Shown here: positions 62,200 through 64,000 of the stretch, in pieces | How positions within the stretch are numbered: position 1 is the stretch's first letter | How the letters are laid out: every line of letters begins with the position of its first letter | DNA from: a virus | Reading direction: 5' to 3' (one strand) | Length of the DNA: 64,000 bases | IMG/VR virus record: IMGVR_UViG_3300032334_000315 | Coordinates: 1-64,000 of that record | Translations under genes and position numbers: made by a program | The notes under the pieces: model-generated | The model's database searches: none | What the model saw: only the letters and a program-made list of their open reading frames with translations | What the model was told of the DNA's origin: nothing

Positions 62200-63591
62200 T
62201 TACATAAGGTTTGTGACCTGCACAAAGCGGTAGTAAAGGTTTGCGCGGGCATCGCCGAACGCACCGATAGCACCAGTGGCATCGTTCGTTGCGAATGGGT
62301 TTGCAACCATTCCGTAACGAGTCTTGAAGCCAATCTTTGGCTGGAAGGTGTTTTCACCAACTGCACGAACCATCTGAAGTGGTACGTATGGGCAATAGAA
62401 CAGACCAGCGTCAAATGCTGAAGAGCCCTTATAGCCGATTGTGAAATACTGCTTACCAGATGCAGAAGAGAAGTATGGATCAATGTAAACCTTGATACGG
62501 CCACCAAGAACACCAGCGAAGGTATTGCCTGTGTCGTCAACATTTAGATTGTTAGATAGAGCAGGTGTGTAATCAAGAACGCCTGCCATCTGAAGAGCCG
62601 AAGCTACGTCAGAACCGCAGATGATTACGTTACCCTTACCACGACGAGTTGCCTTAGCAATCTGGTTCGCTTCGCGCTCAATCTGGAACAATAGACCCTT
62701 GAACTTTTCTACCATCCAACGACCGTTAGAGTCAACGTCTAGGTTAAACGTACCTGTTGAAGTTACGTTTTCCTGAGCGCCGGCTGTAGCAGTATAGTTG
62801 ATTGTACGAACAACTTCACGGTTGATTTCAGAAAGGATTTCAGCAGCAAGAATGTTTGATAGTTCCTGCTCAGCATCAAGACCGTGAATGGCCTTAAGAT
62901 CCTGTGCAAGTTCCATTGTGTATTCTGCCTTGAGAGCGCGGCTAACTGCTGTTACAGCAACCTTCTCAATGCTGAATGCCATTTCCTGGAAATCGTTACC
63001 ACGTCCGTCACCAAGAGCTTCTGCGCGAGCAGTAGTCATACCTGTTGACATGTTATAGCCAGCAGCGCCAGCAGTTACACGACCAGTTGGATCAGAACCA
63101 GACTGAGAACGAACTGAAGTGTTAGCAACAACAAATGAAGACGCTGTATTGCCTTTAGCAGAACCAGAGAATGTGGTATTTGCTTCGTTGAATAGAGCTT
63201 CTGCACCTGTCTGGCTGTTATAACGTGAACGCATTGCGAAGATAAGGCCTGTTGGACCTGTCATTGGCTGTACGCCGCAGATATCATACGCAATTAGGTT
63301 AGGCATAGAACGACGAACCAATGAAATAAGTACTGGATCGAATGTGTCGATGGAACCAGCTGCGGCTGTAGATGACGATGCACCCATAGCGTTTGTTGGA
63401 GCTGTTTCACCTAGTAGTGATGGAGCCTGGTAACCACCAGATCCAAAACCTTGTTCGCGAGCTGACTTTTCCTGGTTTTCCAGAAGCTGTGCTACTACTG
63501 AGCGGCGGTGCGCATCCTTGATTGGAGATAGATCGCTATGCTCCAGGACTGGCTGCCACTTTTTCTGAACTTGTTCATTCAGAGATTGCAT
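62200..63591 (-). CDS. gp23: major capsid protein (gp23)
   Basis: LLENQE, GVQPMTGPTGLIFAMRS, RALKAEYT.ELAQDL, FQPKIGFKTRYG. Confidence 0.98.
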   Translation of the reverse strand: MQSLNEQVQKKWQPVLEHSDLSPIKDAHRRSVVAQLLENQEKSAREQGFGSGGYQAPSLLGETAPTNAMGASSSTAAAGSIDTFDPVLISLVRRSMPNLIAYDICGVQPMTGPTGLIFAMRSRYNSQTGAEALFNEANTTFSGSAKGNTASSFVVANTSVRSQSGSDPTGRVTAGAAGYNMSTGMTTARAEALGDGRGNDFQEMAFSIEKVAVTAVSRALKAEYTMELAQDLKAIHGLDAEQELSNILAAEILSEINREVVRTINYTATAGAQENVTSTGTFNLDVDSNGRWMVEKFKGLLFQIEREANQIAKATRRGKGNVIICGSDVASALQMAGVLDYTPALSNNLNVDDTGNTFAGVLGGRIKVYIDPYFSSASGKQYFTIGYKGSSAFDAGLFYCPYVPLQMVRAVGENTFQPKIGFKTRYGMVANPFATNDATGAIGAFGDARANLYYRFVQVTNLM

Positions 63592-63631
63592 GTTAGTTCT
63601 CCTTATTGATTTCAACTAATGTTATAAAAAC

Positions 63632-64000
63632 TTACTTTTTGATACCGCGACTAATCGCAGACATGTAAGCAGCCATTTCGCCCGGAACCTGCTTTTCAGC
63701 GATTTCTTCGCCCACTGGTTCCTCATCGAGTGTTACGCTTTCGTTCAAGGGGCCGGCCGAACCTCTTGTTGGGAAATAACTCTCACGAAGGGTAGCAATT
63801 TTCTTCTGATATGACTCAATGTCATCGAAGTCAACTGCTTCAGAAAGCGATTGTAGTTTTGCGTATTGCGTATCTGCAAGACCTTCTGAAACTTCATTGA
63901 ACGCAATTACGCGCTCAAATTCTTTGATTTGAGCTGTTAGCTCAATATTCTTTTCAATTTCTTCGTTGATAACGGACTCAAGAACTTCAACCTGATTAGC
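63632..64000 (-). CDS. gp22: prohead core scaffold protein (gp22), C-terminal part
   Basis: Open frame to the window edge; LRESYFP...MAAYMSAISRGIKK*; directly upstream of gp23. Confidence 0.88.
   Translation of the reverse strand, partial: ANQVEVLESVINEEIEKNIELTAQIKEFERVIAFNEVSEGLADTQYAKLQSLSEAVDFDDIESYQKKIATLRESYFPTRGSAGPLNESVTLDEEPVGEEIAEKQVPGEMAAYMSAISRGIKK

Noticed and set aside
5235-62421. Plus-strand ORFs such as 5520..6065, 26060..26791, 47808..48659, 50009..50617
   Set aside because: Antisense shadows of well-supported minus-strand genes, with no recognisable motifs.
62100-62543. N-terminal extension of the gp3 ORF in the ORF track
   Set aside because: Overlaps gp23 and crosses its terminator; the real start follows the late promoter at 62105-62112.

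Overview
A 64 kb segment of a T4-like (gp23-type myovirus) phage genome. Essentially all genes lie on the minus strand. Host is probably an alphaproteobacterium (Omp25/RopB-like porin, DUF1127 protein, tRNA-His with A73 and no G-1, B12-dependent RNR). Left to right: (1) a tRNA array (20 tRNAs in 1-4479, plus tRNA-Gly at 10.6 kb) interleaved with unannotated structured RNAs; (2) early genes behind near-consensus sigma70 promoters; (3) a radical SAM/PP-loop/porin/glycosyltransferase accessory block; (4) class II RNR, primase and spanins; (5) late internal-head proteins; (6) the replication core (gp41, uvsX, gp43, regA, gp62/44/45); (7) holin/GH19 endolysin and host-like genes (hsp20, Dps, bS21, PDF); (8) gp46/47/55, uvsW/Y, gp3, gp23 and the end of gp22. 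The most striking unexplained element is at 341-960: a late-promoter box, then a non-canonical amber-suppressor tRNA (CUA), then a 13-codon mini-ORF with an in-frame UAG (MKVFFL*VFRPP*), then a 138-aa protein, in a genome that otherwise uses UAG as stop. Other candidates: an ArfA-like ORF whose mRNA becomes non-stop when tRNA-Arg is processed, capsid-targeted ligase-like and HAD enzymes, an FtsZ-tail mimic, twin antisense promoters, and several ncRNAs closed by 22-23 bp stems. All product calls come from motif recognition by eye; no searches were run.
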